A stretch of 62,927 nucleotides of DNA, the filler included, from Ministeria vibrans ATCC 50519 (Eukaryota > Protista > Filasterea), in NCBI GenBank assembly GCA_943704425.1. It is 8 parts of 8 records of this genome, joined end to end, with 100 filler letters (N's around TTAATTAATTAA, not from the genome) between each part and the next. Parts side by side here need not be neighbours in the genome. Positions count along the whole stretch, not along the records: positions 1 to 13,125 come from CALSCP010000473.1; positions 13,226 to 19,150 come from CALSCP010002648.1; 6 more parts are not named here. One strand, 5' to 3'. Below, one piece after another: positions 1 through 13,459 of the stretch (position 1 is the stretch's first letter; every line of letters starts with the position of its first letter). Both the position numbers and the translations under genes were made by a program. The notes under the pieces were generated by a model. It was not told the origin of the DNA and searched no databases. It worked only from the letters and a program-made list of their open reading frames with translations.

Positions 1-232
1 GTCATTGTGATCACTCACTCATCCATCATTGTGATCACTCACTCATCCATCATTGTGATCACTCACTCATCCGCCATTATGATCACTCACTCATCCGTCA
101 TTGCGATCACTCACTCATGCGTCATTGTGATCACTCACTCATCCATCATTGTGATCACTCACTCATCCGTCGTTGTGATCACTCACTCAACAGTCATTAT
201 GATCACTCACTCAACAGTCATTATGATCACTT
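1..232. repeat. 24-bp tandem minisatellite (GTCATTGTGATCACTCACTCATCC-like, about 9-10 units) in an IST1 intron
   Basis: Repeated unit visible directly; it produces the spurious ITHSSIIV peptide at the start of ORF 7..1287; acceptor tttccag|GTT at 249/250. Confidence 0.9.
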
Positions 233-249
233 ATCACATCTCTTTCCAG

Positions 250-1287
250 GTTGAGCACATTATCCGCGAAGACTACATGGTCGAGGCAATGGAGCTCATT
301 GAGATGTACTGTGACCTGCTGTTGGCGCGCTTTGGCATGATTGAGAGCATGAAATACTGCGACGAGAGCATCCTCGAGGCTGTCGCGTCGGTGATGTGGG
401 CGTCGCCTCGCCTCTCGACCGACGTCGCCGAGCTTCAGGTGATTCGCGACCAGTTCATCGCCAAGTACGGTCGTGAGTTTGGTGTCAAGGTCATCAGCGA
501 TCGGCATCCCACCGGCGACGGCACAGTCGTCAGCCAGCGTCTTGTCAAAAAGTTCTCCGTGCAGGCACCCTCGACCACGCTCGTCAATCACTATCTTATT
601 GAAATCGCAAGCGTGTGCAACGTCGACTGGACCCCGCCTCCGGAGGAGGTGCACTTCAACGAAGAGCAGCAGTTGGCGGACCTTGAAGCCGCGAGTGCAA
701 GTAGCTTCTCGTTTGCAGACGGCTCAGTGGGATACAATGGTGGAGGGCCCACCGGACCAAACGGAGGTAGTGGTGGTGGAGGTGGCGGTGGTATGAGCAT
801 GGGAATGGGCGCAGTGCCTTCGTACGGCATGCCTGGTGGAGGAGTACAGCCCTCGTATGCATTCCCCCCACAACCCCAGCAGCCACAGCAACAGCAGTAC
901 CCTCCTCAACTGCAACAACAGCAACAACCACAACAGCCACAGCAACAACCACAACAGCCACAACAACAACCACAACAGCCACAACAACCCAAAGCGCAAC
1001 CCGACATTGCACCCCCATCCTCGGCGTCGTACCCGCCCGCACAGCCTACGGCGACAAACTACCCTCCACCTCAACCACAGCAGCAGCAGCAACAACTCCC
1101 CTCGTACAGTACCCAGCTGCCCCCCGCCTCCTCCGCCTCCCTTGATCTCCACTTCCCGTCCGTCCCTGCCTCCTCCCCCGGCGGCCCTTCCTCCTCCTCT
1201 GCCGCCGCCTCTGCCCCCCCTCCTGTCGACGACGAACCTGATTTTGATCTCCTTACGAAGCGCTTCAATGCTCTCAAGAAGAGATGA
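250..1287 (+). CDS. IST1: IST1 (ESCRT-III-associated regulator of Vps4), 3' exon; 5' exons outside the window
   Basis: VEHIIREDYMVEAMELIEMYCDLLLARFG core, Pro/Gln-rich linker, C-terminal MIM1-type DFDLLTKRFNALKKR. Confidence 0.93.
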   Translation, partial: VEHIIREDYMVEAMELIEMYCDLLLARFGMIESMKYCDESILEAVASVMWASPRLSTDVAELQVIRDQFIAKYGREFGVKVISDRHPTGDGTVVSQRLVKKFSVQAPSTTLVNHYLIEIASVCNVDWTPPPEEVHFNEEQQLADLEAASASSFSFADGSVGYNGGGPTGPNGGSGGGGGGGMSMGMGAVPSYGMPGGGVQPSYAFPPQPQQPQQQQYPPQLQQQQQPQQPQQQPQQPQQQPQQPQQPKAQPDIAPPSSASYPPAQPTATNYPPPQPQQQQQQLPSYSTQLPPASSASLDLHFPSVPASSPGGPSSSSAAASAPPPVDDEPDFDLLTKRFNALKKR

Positions 1288-1346
1288 ACAAAATTAAAAG
1301 CAAAATGCGCTACAGTACACGTTTTATTATTATTTTTTTTTTTTTT

Positions 1347-4300
1347 TTACAATTCGCGAAAAGGACCTCCGAAAATCAGCTCACTAAGCGTCACAGAGGG
1401 AACGCGTTGAGTGGGCTTGTGCACAGACGCACCCGACTCGTCATTCGACTCAGTCTCTGTCTCAGTCTGCGCGACGATTGGTTCAGCGCTCTCCTCAAAC
1501 ACACTCTCAGTGGTGCCCTCGGGCTCCTCTTTTCTCCCGCTCTTGTCGCTGTAAGATGGAAGGGAGGCAGTCGAGCTAGGCCGCATTCCTCCGCTGCACT
1601 CGTCGTGGCCCCCGAGTGCCGCCAGTGCCGCAGTGCGCACTCCACTTCCCGCTGTCCTCTCTCCCGTCAACGTCTGCACTTGCTCCTCCTCACTCCGCTC
1701 TTGCGCCTCTCGTTCCTCTCGCGCGTCTGCCACGACTCCATTCAGTTTGCGCATAAACTCCTCGAGGCGTGGCGAGTCCTTGTGACGCTCCAAAAATGCC
1801 TCTTCCACATCGCCCAGTGCAACCGTCACTGAGCGACCGCGCGCGGACGGTGGATCCGGAACTGAGAGTGCATTCACACTGACTGCGTCTGAAAACGCAT
1901 GCGGTGGCGCACTCCCGTTTGCAACACCTCTAGCATCATCAGCGTCATCGCTGTCGTCGTCGTCGTCGTTGTTGTTGTCGTCGTCGTCACCGTCATCATC
2001 AGAATGGGGAACGGGCGAGAGCATGTCGGAAAATGCGCTAGGCGACGAGTACATCTGGCTCGAGTCGCTCACGGTGCGCTGACGCGGTTCCGCAGTGGGC
2101 CGCATGAGCTCGTGTGCCGTGACAGCCGCGCGCATCTGCGACACAACATCGTCGCCCTTGGCCGAGTCTTGAGGTGTCTGGCCGCGTTCGTTGCGCAACT
2201 CTACGCTTGCGCCGTGCTTGAGAAGGACACGCACAAGTGCAGAGTAGGCCCACTTGGCGGCATTGTGCAGGGCCGTCTCACCGCGCTTGTTGGCTGCGTT
2301 CACTTGCGCACCGTGATTTAGCAGCAGCGCCGCACAGTCACAGTGACCATTAGAGGCTGCAAAGTGCAGTGGGGTGTTGCCCGCTCGATCACGTGCGTCC
2401 GCCAATGCCCCAAACTCAAGCAGGCTTTGCGCAATCTTCTCATGGCCATACTGGCAGGCGTAATGGAGCGCAGTGAGACCCGTCAACGACGCAATGCGCA
2501 CATCCGCACCCATGTCCAGCAGCTGATCGAGCAGCTCGGCGTGGCCCTGTCGTGCCGACGCATGCAGTGCAGTGATCCCTTCGCGATTTCGTCCGTTGAC
2601 AGTGACCGGAATGCGTTGACTGATTGCCGAGGGGATGCGCGCACACTTGTCGCACTGGCACAGTGGATGGCACCGCACATGCTCCGATGCATTGCTATTA
2701 GCGCCGTTGCCTTCCCCAATCGAAAGGGAATTGTCGACGGCAGTTAGCAGATTGTCCGACTCCTCCAGCTTGAAGCGCACCATGCCTTCGTCGCCCTGCT
2801 CGGCCATGACAATGAAGGCGTCAATGTCCTTGTAGCGGTCATTTTTGCTGGGATCGTCTGCAAGCACCGCAGCAGTGGCACTATCGCGAAACATACTTGC
2901 GCTCAGATCGTGAGTGCTAAGGGGAGTCATGGCGGACGACTGGCGCGAGACGATGCGCGACGAGGGACGTGAGTTGGGTGCCGAGACGGTGCCCGCCTGG
3001 GTCTTGTGCGTGGTGGGAGTGGCAATGTTTGATGAGGAGTTACGACTGGAACTTGAATGAGTCCCTGTCGAGTCGTACAAGGCCGAAGTGGACGCAGTAG
3101 AGGAAGGACGGGAGGAGGAAGCAGCAGCAGCAACGCTTGTCGCCGCCGCTGATGATGACGAAGTCGACTGGAAAAGTTTTGCGGCCGAGCCAGTGCTGTT
3201 GCGTCCCTTGGCGGTGTTTAACGCCTCGCCTGTGACCACAGGGATGACCGAGCCGCCCGCAAGCGACCCTGTCATGGCAGTGGGAGCAGTGCGCTTGCCA
3301 AGTCGCAGCATTTGAGCAGCAGATACAGAAGATGACAAGGAGGGGGAGGAGGAGGAAACTGCGTTGTGCGGCTGAGGCGACGGGTTGTTAGACATGAGGG
3401 GGGCCGCGGAGGGTCGATCGAGGGACTTTCGCTGCTGCTGGCTTTGTTCCAGCCCTTGCTGTTTTTCCTCCTCCGTCTCCTCAATGGCAAACACACGCGC
3501 ACCGGGAATGACCGACTCACTTGCACCCAGTGGATCCTCGGCGCGTCGGTCTGCATGCACCACATCCTCAATAAGATCGGCAATCTTGCGACTTTGCGCC
3601 ATCTGTACGGGCGTCAGGTGCTTCTTGTTGCGCACCGTGTGGTCTGCGCCATGCCGCAGCAGCAGCATCACAATATTACCATACCCCCAATGGCTCGCCT
3701 GCAACCAACGTCATTTCGTGTCAGTGAGCAACCAACATCATTTCGTGTCAGTGAGCAACCAACATCATTTCGTGTCAGGGAGTTGGTGGTGAGTGAGTGA
3801 GTGAGAGAGTGTGGATATATAATTATATAATTATATATGTGTGTGTGTCTTCTGCGTGAAGGGATTGTGTGTGTGTATTACGTTGTGGAGTGCGGTGTCT
3901 CCGCGTGCGTTGGCATGGTTCACGTCGACCTTTTGGTTGGCCACAGGAGAGTCGTATCGTACAAGAATCTACACAATGGTTGAATGAGAGAATGAGAGAC
4001 TGTGTGAAAGGCAACTTGATGGAGTCGCTTACTTTGGTCGTGTCCAAATGGCCATTGTCACAACACACGTGAAGTGAAGCATTCCCTTCCGCATCCCGTC
4101 CATTGATGTCTGCGCCAAACTGCAGCAGCACTTTTACAATGTCAACGTGGTTGCGACGACATGCAAAGTGCAGTGGAGATTCACCTGTGTAAAAGAGTGA
4201 GAAGTGGTAACAAGTGACAAGTGAGTGTGAGGGAAAGACAAGTGAGTGACAGATGCGACAGCAAGGCGTGTGTGTGTGTTCGGACCAATTTGGTTGGTTG

Positions 4301-5558
4301 CGTTAACAATGGCGCCCAATTGGATGAGCTGGCGCGTCATATCAAGCAGGCCATGGCGTGCCGCATGGTGAAGCACGGTGGAGCCATCTGAGTCGCGTGT
4401 GTACACGGAGATGGTTTCATTGCCCTATAAAACATAAAAAAAAATTAAGTCAAAACAGAAGGTGCGCGACTCAGAATGCAATACCATATGATCGAGTTGG
4501 ACACTGTTGACGAGCGCAATGCACTGAGGGCAGTCGCAGAGAGGATGGCACATCTGGGCGGCAACCTGCTCGCGAATGGAGAGGGCGCCCGCGCGCGAGT
4601 CATTGAGAAGCGATTGGACAAGCGGAAGGTCGTTTGCGTCGATGGCAGAAAAGAGAGTAAAGATGGGGTCGTCGGTGACAAGGGAAAGATCCAGGGGGTC
4701 AAAGTGACCGTCGGAGGAGGAGGGAGAGAGGGGAGAAGGAGAAGTGGAAGTGGGGTCGGACAGGGCAGAGGGGTGTGCGAGGGAGCCATGTTGAACGACA
4801 CGACCATGTTCAATTTGCAGCTGGCCGGTGCGGATGTGCTCAATGGCCGCCTGGAAGGAGGCATGGTAGAAGCCAAGCTCACCCGACGACACTCGACTAA
4901 ACTGGAAGTTGTCCATGTACGACAGGTTTGCGTGCCAGTTGTGAATGTCCTATACAAAGAGATAGAGAGGGAGAAAGAAATGAGGGAGGGAGAAAGAAAC
5001 AAAGTGATAAAGAGCGAATGAAGAAAAAGAGAGAGATGGTGAGTGAGTGAAGTGGCGGAGTGCAAAAGAATACAAATAAAATGCGACATCCACACTCATG
5101 TAACATAATAGCACAACAAGAGTTGCACGCACACACCACAAGGGTTTCGTACAGCATGAATCACAGTGTAGATGAGCAGCGGCAGCAAATCATCGGCTGT
5201 CATTAGCGTCTGCGGCTCGGAGGGATCTGCGTCCTCAAGCAGGCCTCTGTCTCGCGGCTCGTCCGTCATCTGTGCATCGTCATTGCTCATTGACGCATAG
5301 CGGTCGGTGAGTCGTTTGACAGTGAACTTGAGACACATAAACTTTTCGAGAGGAGTTTTGCACTCGTTGAGGTCACTGATAATCTCCAGTGCGTGTGGAA
5401 GAGTTGCACTAAACTCATTCGGCAGATTCAGTGATTGCATGGTGACCAGATCGGACAGGTTTCGCGTCGACTTGTTCAGAATTGTGTCTGTCTGAGCAAA
5501 AATTGAGCAAAGTCCCTCAAAGGTCTATCGAGAGAAACCGAGAGAGAAAGAGAGCGAG

Positions 5559-5648
<90 letters not shown>

Positions 5649-7089
5649 AGTCAGTCACAAGTACAGATGAAACAGAGAGAGAGAGAGAGAGAAAGGAGGG
5701 AGAAAGAAACAAAGTGATAAAGAGAGAAAGAAGGAAGAAAGAACCAAAATGATAGAGAGAGAGAGAGAGAGAGAGAAATGACAGACTTACCTTTGAATAC
5801 ATTCCGTCCATCACATACGTTTCCATTGCAAGTTTGATCTGTTCTTGAGTCTGTGTGTCTGTTTTGGCTTTGCGACCCTATGAATTCAAACAGTGTCAGT
5901 CTCACACACGGATGCGATTTCATTGTCTGTACGAGTTGAGTGTCGCGCATCATAATCTGAACGGCCGAGGAGTAGATTGCGGCGACTGCGTCAACTGTGT
6001 GACCCAGTGAGTGTTGCATGAACGAGTACGACTCGTTGAATTGCGCCACTTTCTCATTGATCGCAATAAAGGCCGACAGCGTCTCTGTGTCGCTAAACAG
6101 GTAGCGAGAGCACTCTTCAAAGTTGCGCAAAGAAACAAGGGACGTCGATTGGTCTTGGTCGCCACCAAAAAAGGGCCGCGAGAGACACAAGACGCGAAAG
6201 GACTCGTCGCGTCGGTTGTAAAAGACCTCCTAAACGAGTACACGAGAGAGCATATGGATGAGTGTGGAGTCACAATGAGGCTATGTGTGCTTAGTGTTTA
6301 GTGTGTGTATGTTCAATGCAAAGTGTACCTCAAAGAGAATGCGGACGCGTCGTTTAGACGGGAAACCGTCGCCAGTGATAATAGTGCGCCCTTCGATGCG
6401 ACACCTATTGTATCACCGTCAAAAAATAGCCGAATTGTCTGTCTGACTACTGTGCCCATACCTCTTCCCCGTCGGCGTGACATAGTCAAACTCTTCGCGC
6501 GCCTCGAGCTCTCGGTCGACGTCTTCCGGCAGAGGAGGCGCACTCCGTTCGCCGCCACTCGACTCGGAACTAGCGGCATTTGCGGCTGCTGCGGCCGCAT
6601 TGGCCCGCATGGCGCGCGCTGCTTCCGCGCGAAGGCTCTTGGTGGGGTCTTCAAAGAGAAGATGGGACTCGACAACGTCGCGCGTGAGCTGGAGACCGCT
6701 GAGCGACGCAATGCGCGGCACTGCGAAAAATAAAAAAGAGACGAAAAAGTAGAGTCAGAGGAAGAGAAGGAAGGGCACACGTGAAGGGAGGAGCAACGAG
6801 AGGCAAAGAAAGGAAGGGGCGGTGGATCGCCGGGGGCAGAGGGGTGCTGTGGAGGGCGGTGGGGCGGCGCGGGAGGACGAGAGCCGTTTTCAAACGCCGG
6901 TGGCGCTATAGCGCGTGAGAGAGGCCGCGCGAGTGCCGCATACGACTCGAGACCACCCAGACATGGCGACATACCTGCAAAGATCCAGCGTTCGTCGGCG
7001 GCGCGTTGGTAAACGCGACGGTGTTTGGTCGTCAAACATTTGTACAGCGGGTTGGCTGTAATGTCCTCGTCGTAGTTCGACGAGTCCAT
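1347..7089 (-). CDS. ANKRD27: ANKRD27/VARP-like protein (VPS9 domain plus two ankyrin-repeat blocks), multi-exon
   Basis: N-terminus YDEDITANPLYKCL; VPS9 motifs TPLEKFMCL, MTADDLLPLLIY and GELGFYHASFQAAIEHI; two CHPLCxC..C zinc 'fingernail' motifs; ankyrin repeats such as GNTPLHFAASNGH. Confidence 0.9.
3702..3778. repeat. 27-bp tandem repeat x3 (CAACCAACATCATTTCGTGTCAGTGAG) at the 3' end of an ANKRD27 intron
   Basis: Direct inspection. Confidence 0.8.
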
Positions 7090-7290
7090 GGGCCTGTCGA
7101 GAGGAGGATCGCAAGTAAGGAGGGCGAGTACAAGTAAGTTTGGTTAACGATGAAGAAAAAAACTGTTGTAAAACTGAAATATCAAATATTTTGACTTGTC
7201 TCTTCTGATTTTATGTCTGAAGATTCGTTATTCGCTTCAAATTTCAAATTCAGATTTTTCTGTCTCTTCCGCCAGAGCACTCTTATAGCC

Positions 7291-7981
7291 ATGCCCATCA
7301 GCGCGCGGTGGGCGGGTCAGTGCGATGCCAAGTGCGAACGAGCCAGGATACACTTGTGTGCTGGCTGTGCTGCCGGCGCCGTCTCGTCCGTCGTTGTCGC
7401 GCCGCTGGAGGTGGTCAAGACGCGACTGCAGGCACAGTGGCCGGCCGTCGATGGCGGACGGAAGTACACGGGGATGCGACAGGCACTGCAGATGGTGTGG
7501 CGAGAGGTGAGTCGCTCGCGATCCAAACACGCACATTGCCATCGTCGCCTAGCGCCCTGTGCTGCCGCTGGCAGCGCCCGCCAGACGCCGCATGCGCTGC
7601 GGTGCGGCCCATCGCGGCGCGCTTGTCGATCGACCGCCTCCCATCACATCTTCAGAGCGTTTGCAGACATATTATATATATTTTGACGGGTTGATTTCTC
7701 TCGCAGGAGCGTTTTCGTGGACTGATGCGCGGCCTCTCACCTACGCTCCTTGCGCTTGTGCCTACGCACGGCGTGTACTTCTCCGTGTACGAAGCGACCA
7801 AGGCGGCTCTGACGCGGCACGAGTCGCCGGGGAGCGCAGCACCGTCGACGCGCACCGGTCGCATGGAGATTGCCCTTGGCGCGTCCACTGCCGCCGGCCT
7901 GTGCACCGCCGTCATCACACACCCGCTCTGGGTCATTGCAAGGGTACCGCACACACATCCTCACACACACACACACACACA

Positions 7982-8033
<52 letters not shown>

Positions 8034-9333
8034 AACTCTCTCTCTCTTGAACTCTCTCTCTCTCTCTCTTGAACTCTCTCTCTCTTGAACTCTCTCTCTC
8101 TCTCTCTTGAACTCTCTCTCTCTTGAACTCTCTCTCTCTCTTGAACTCTCTTGAACTCTCTCTCTCTTGAACTCTCTCTCTCTTGAACTCTCTTGAACTC
8201 TTGAACTCTCTCTCTCTCTCTCTTGCACTACACCGAGCTCTCCGCTTCCTCTTTGTCACGCATGAATGTGAGCTTATAAGCAGACGCTGCGGCAGTGGAT
8301 GAATCAGTAGAAGTAGTGCGAGTGTGATGGTTCAGCCACAGCAGCAGAGACAGCAGAGCGATCGCGGAGGGCAACGCCAGGAGCACTCTCAAGGGCAAAT
8401 AGTGCCAGTGCGTGGGCCAGTGAACAGACCAGCAGCAACAGCAGCAACTGGGCGACGTTACGCGCCAGTATCATTGGCGCTTGAGTGGATGTCGGCGTTG
8501 CATGTTGCATGGTCGACAGCTTGAGCTCATCCTCGCTCTCCGCGTCAGCACGACCATGCCATTCGTCACGGATATAATATATATCTATAAAACAGTCGGG
8601 GCGAATGAATCTGAGTGAAAGTGAATTTACATAGGTAAAAACAGAGCGTTTGTGTTGCTGGTGGGCGCCACACTTCAAGTAGAACATTTTTCTTCCTCTG
8701 ACCAACTCAGGGATTGTATTAGGGGGAGGTACACGGGCGCACAAAGACCGAAGACGGGAAAGGCTGGGGTGCCTTGGCGCCCCAAATCAGCGAGAGTCTT
8801 TTAGCCCCTCGACCTCAATAAATCACCTCGTGGCTCATGCTTGGATGTCTAAGACATAAGTGAACAATTTTTTTACACTTTTCTTAAATATGCCCCTTGT
8901 AGCTAGCACGCCGTGTCGATTGTCTATCGTGTTTGGAACCTTTGCTTTGGTGTGGTTTGGTGAGGATTACTTCGAGTTCTGTTGTGTGTGTGTGAGCGTG
9001 AGTGCAGTTCTGTTCAGATAGTGCAGAGCCTCGACCAGCTGCAGAATTCATTCTCAACCATGCAATGCTTAGCCTATATGACCAGACTGAGGCCGATGGA
9101 CACGCGTGTTAGCCAAGCAAAGAGCACATCTGTAGGATTGGTGGATGTTGAGACTTCCAACGAAAAAGAAAACGAAAGCGTAAAAGGAATGCGCTCTGCA
9201 CGCTGGTGCATAGATCCTCAAGGAGAGCGCGTTGGGGACCTTTTCGTGTCACCTGAGTGTGACTACCACGTTTATACTCCTGAAGAAATGCAAGACACGT
9301 TTGCGAGTACGATTCCAAAGTAAAANNNNNNNN

Positions 9334-9429
<96 letters not shown>

Positions 9430-10210
9430 CCTTCCTCGCTACCCGTCTGTCGTTCCCTCTGAGACTGAGCGCTTCGTTGTTCTTCTTTTTTTTGCAGCGG
9501 ATGCAGTTCAACCCGACAGAGTTTCCTTCCATTCACCGCACAATCAAGGTCTCCATTGCACATGAAGGCTCCGGCGCGCTTGTCAAGGGTCTTGCGGGCT
9601 CCCTCCTTGGCGTCTCGCATGTCATGGTCCAGTTTCCTGTGCTTGAATTCATCAAAGTAACAAAGAGTGGCGCACGACTGAGCGCCATCCGTCTCACCCA
9701 CTCGTTTCCTTAGGAACTGTTTCACGAACACCGCAAAACGATCGGCACGGAGCGAGAGCACTTGAGCAGCACTGAGGTTGGTGTGGCAGCGGGTCTCTCC
9801 AAGATGTTTGCGAGCTGTGTCACGTATCCGCATGAAGTAAGCAGACTCACAGAATGTTTGTCGAAGTGCAAAAACGCGAAACAGACTCAAATGAAACGAC
9901 TGACTTATTCATCTCAATCTGTAGGTTCTTCGAGCACGCATTATGACTGATAGAGGGGAGCGATTTGCGCATTCGCAGTTTACCGGTCGATTACGTTTGG
10001 CCTTTCGAGAGTCCATAGCAAAAGAGGTAAAAAAAATTATGTTTAGTTTCTGTTTTGATATTGTTTTGTATTGTTTTTTTTTTGTTGCTGTTGTAGGGGT
10101 TTTATGCACTGTACCATGGATTGGGGACGAATCTGGTGCGCACTGTGCCCAGCTTCACTCTGACGTATCTCCTGTACGATACGTTTGTGTCGCAATTGGA
10201 ACCACTGTAA
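7291..10210 (+). CDS. Mitochondrial carrier, SLC25A32/NDT (FAD-folate or NAD+ carrier)-like, about 6 exons
   Basis: Three carrier repeats: APLEVVKTRLQAQ, THPLWVIAR|RMQ, TYPHEVLRAR; GLSPTLLALVPTHGVYF; GVSHVMVQFP; last exon LYHGLGTNLVRTVPSF ending TAA at 10210. Confidence 0.85.
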
Positions 10211-10405
10211 ATTATTTGTTAGGGAAATAAAGCCCACTAAAATACTACAAGAACAACACATTTATCATTTTCTGATTTATGGTCACGTGATGACGACTTC
10301 TGAAGTATGAAATTTCCAATCAATATTCAATCATTTTCAAGCCATTGAGTTATTTGAGTGTAATATGAGTACGATTTAGATTATTTTGTATTTTCCACCG
10401 CCGTG

Positions 10406-12176
10406 ATGATCTTCAACAGATGGGACTCTCTACTGTTTGCCGTTGGCCTCGCGTACATCTTTGTCGCGCCCTACACCAAAGTCGAGGAGTCCTTCAACGT
10501 GCAGGTGGGCGCACACTCCAACGACCCTCAATCCCCCTCATTCCCTCCCTTCCCTTCTTCCGTTAGGCGACGCACGACTTCCTCGCTGCCGACGGCGACT
10601 TTGACCATCTCACGTTCCCTGGCGTCGTCCCTCGCACCTGTGTGGGTGCGCTGGCGGTCGCGCTGCTTGCACAGCCCGTCGTCTGGCTCACAGCCAATCG
10701 CTTCGTGTGGCTGCTCACAGTCCGCGCTCTCCTTGCGCTTCTCGTCGTCCACGCCCTTGGCCGCTTCCGTCGTGCTGTCGTCGCACAGCTTCCGCAAGCC
10801 AGCCAGCGTGCACGGACAGAGTGTTTCATTGCGTTACTCACCGCAACGCAGTTCCATTTGCTCTTTTATGCGTCGCGTCCCCTTCCCAACACATACGCAC
10901 TGATCCTCTGCCTCCACGGCCTTGCCGAGCTCTTCCGGCGCCACCCCAGCAATCAAGTACCCACCGTGCTCCTCTTTGCCTTTGCTGCCGTCGTGTTTCG
11001 TGCCGATCTTGTTGTGTTTCTGGCTCCCTTGATGCTCTGGGCCATTTTCATCGACCAGCGCATTCATCTCAGCACTGTGCTTGTTGCAGGCGCCGCCATG
11101 GGCCTTCTCTCATTGTCCATCACAGTCCTGGTTGACTCGGTCTTTTGGCGGCGCTGGTTGTGGCCCGAGGGTGCCGTCCTGTGGTTCAACACGGTCGAGA
11201 ACCGCAGTCACGAGTATGGTCGTTCGCCTGTCCTCTGGTACTTCTACTCGGCTCTTCCGCGCGCCACGACACTCTCCTTTCCCCTCGCGATTCTTGCCGC
11301 ACTCATTCCCGCTCCATCACGTCCCCTTGTGCGTCGTCTTGTGCTCCCATCACTCGTCTTCGTTGCACTCTACTCCCTTCTCCCCCACAAAGAGCTGCGC
11401 TTCATTTTCTACGCACTGCCCCCACTCACAGCCGCCGCAGGCGTTCTTCTTGCCCATTTCGACTGTCACTCCAACGCCACAGCTGTCCTTGTCAGCCGTC
11501 TGACGCTCTTCTTCACCCTCTGCGCTGCGCTTGCGCTCTCGCTTCTCTCTCTGCGTCTTGCCCATCTCAACTACGCCGGAGGCACTGCCCTCGCCCGTCT
11601 CCACTCCCTCGCCCCCTCCCACCCCCACTCCGTCTACATCTCCAACTACGCTGCTCAAACGGGCGTATCCCGTTTCCTCCAACGACCCAATTGGGTCTAT
11701 GACAAGTCAGAGGGTGAGCACGACGCTTCCTTTTATCAACAGGTAACGCAGGTGTTTCTTTGCTTTTGTTCTTTCTCAACCTCTATTAATATCACTCTCT
11801 TCATCACTTTATTTCTCTCTCTATTTATCACTTTATTTCTCTCTTTATCACTTTATTTTTCTCTCTTTATCACGGTCTCTCTCTCTCTTTATCACGGTCT
11901 CTCTCTCTCTTTATCACTTTGTTTCTCTCTCTTTATCACTGTTTCTCTCTCTCTCTCTTTCTCTTTCTCTTTCTCTCTCTCTCTTTCTCTCTCTCTTTTT
12001 CTCTTTCTTAGTTTGACTTTCTTCTTGTCGAGCCCAAACACGCAGGGGAGTGCAGCGCATCGCACGAGCAGCTGGATGTGATTGAGGGATATGCTTTTTT
12101 GGAGTGGCGTGCGCTGAGGGTGCACACCGAAGACAAGCTCTATATAATGCGCAGGATCAATCATACTAATAATTGA
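10406..12176 (+). CDS. ALG12: Dol-P-Man alpha-1,6-mannosyltransferase ALG12 (GT22)
   Basis: APYTKVEESFNVQA, FYASRPLPN, WPEGAVLWFNTVENRSHEYG, LPHKELRF, AAQTGVSRF; last exon FDFLLVEP...INHTNN-TGA. Confidence 0.93.
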
Positions 12177-12384
12177 GATCAAATGACAAATGTAAACTTC
12201 CACAGTGTATCAGAGTGAGTCTTCAGACCAAAACTAAGCCTTACGATATTACTTTCAGTTTCTTAATGGAATAATACTACGTCGTTTTTCTCTGGTTCAA
12301 ACTGACACATTCTCTCTCGTCGCTGAAACTACACTGTTTCACTGCTTCGCATCCTTTTTGGACACTGGGGTTTGAAATTATCGA

Positions 12385-12650
12385 TCAGTACTCATATCAG
12401 CACTGTACTGTGCTTGTTGCAGACGTCTCCATGGAGCTCCCCTCGTTGTCCATCACGGTCCTGGTTGACTCGGGTCTTCTGGCGGCGCAACGCTGAGTTG
12501 ACAGCAGGAGATCACGTGGGCGACACAGTCGCACGGGCAGGGGATTTGAATGGTGACGGGCGCATCAATGTGCTTGTAGGAGGTGCGCTCGGGCAAGACT
12601 GACAGGACACTGACAGAGGTACACTCATTGTACTGTATCTAACGTGAAAA
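12385..12650 (+). pseudogene. Degenerate chimeric fragment: partial ALG12 duplicate joined to an FG-GAP (integrin-alpha-like) repeat
   Basis: About 12391-12488 aligns with ALG12 11062-11154 with indels; followed by GDHVGDTVARAGDLNGDGRINVLVGG and then stops. Confidence 0.6.
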
Positions 12651-12682
12651 ACGCGCATTGAAACTCTTTTGATTTGTATTCA

Positions 12683-13125
<443 letters not shown>

Positions 13126-13225
13126 NNNNNNNNNNNNNNNNNNNNNNNNNNNNNNNNNNNNNNNNNNNNTTAATTAATTAANNNNNNNNNNNNNNNNNNN
13201 NNNNNNNNNNNNNNNNNNNNNNNNN
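13126..13225. other. Artificial contig linker N44-TTAATTAATTAA-N44
   Basis: The same 100-nt six-frame-stop spacer recurs at 19151, 34893, 39191, 47679, 51423 and 54762. Confidence 0.97.
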
Positions 13226-13262
13226 AGAGAGAGAGAGAGAGAAGAGGGGGAAAGAAACAAAG

Positions 13263-13375
<113 letters not shown>

Positions 13376-13459
13376 GGAAAGAAACAAAGTGATAGAGAGA
13401 AAACAGTGATAGAGAGAAAACAAAGATAGAGAGAGAGAGACAAAGTGGGTTAGAATAGG

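Noticed and set aside
7-249. ITHSSIIV repeat as the IST1 N-terminus
   Set aside because: Intronic minisatellite read through by the ORF finder; the acceptor is at 249
5540-5650. SLSLSL, ERERER, CVCVCV, poly-Y and poly-L ORFs here and elsewhere
   Set aside because: Translations of (CT)n, (CA)n and (ATT)n microsatellites
13126-13225. TTAATTAATTAA palindrome recurring seven times between N runs
   Set aside because: Artificial six-frame-stop contig linker; gene neighbourhoods across it are not real
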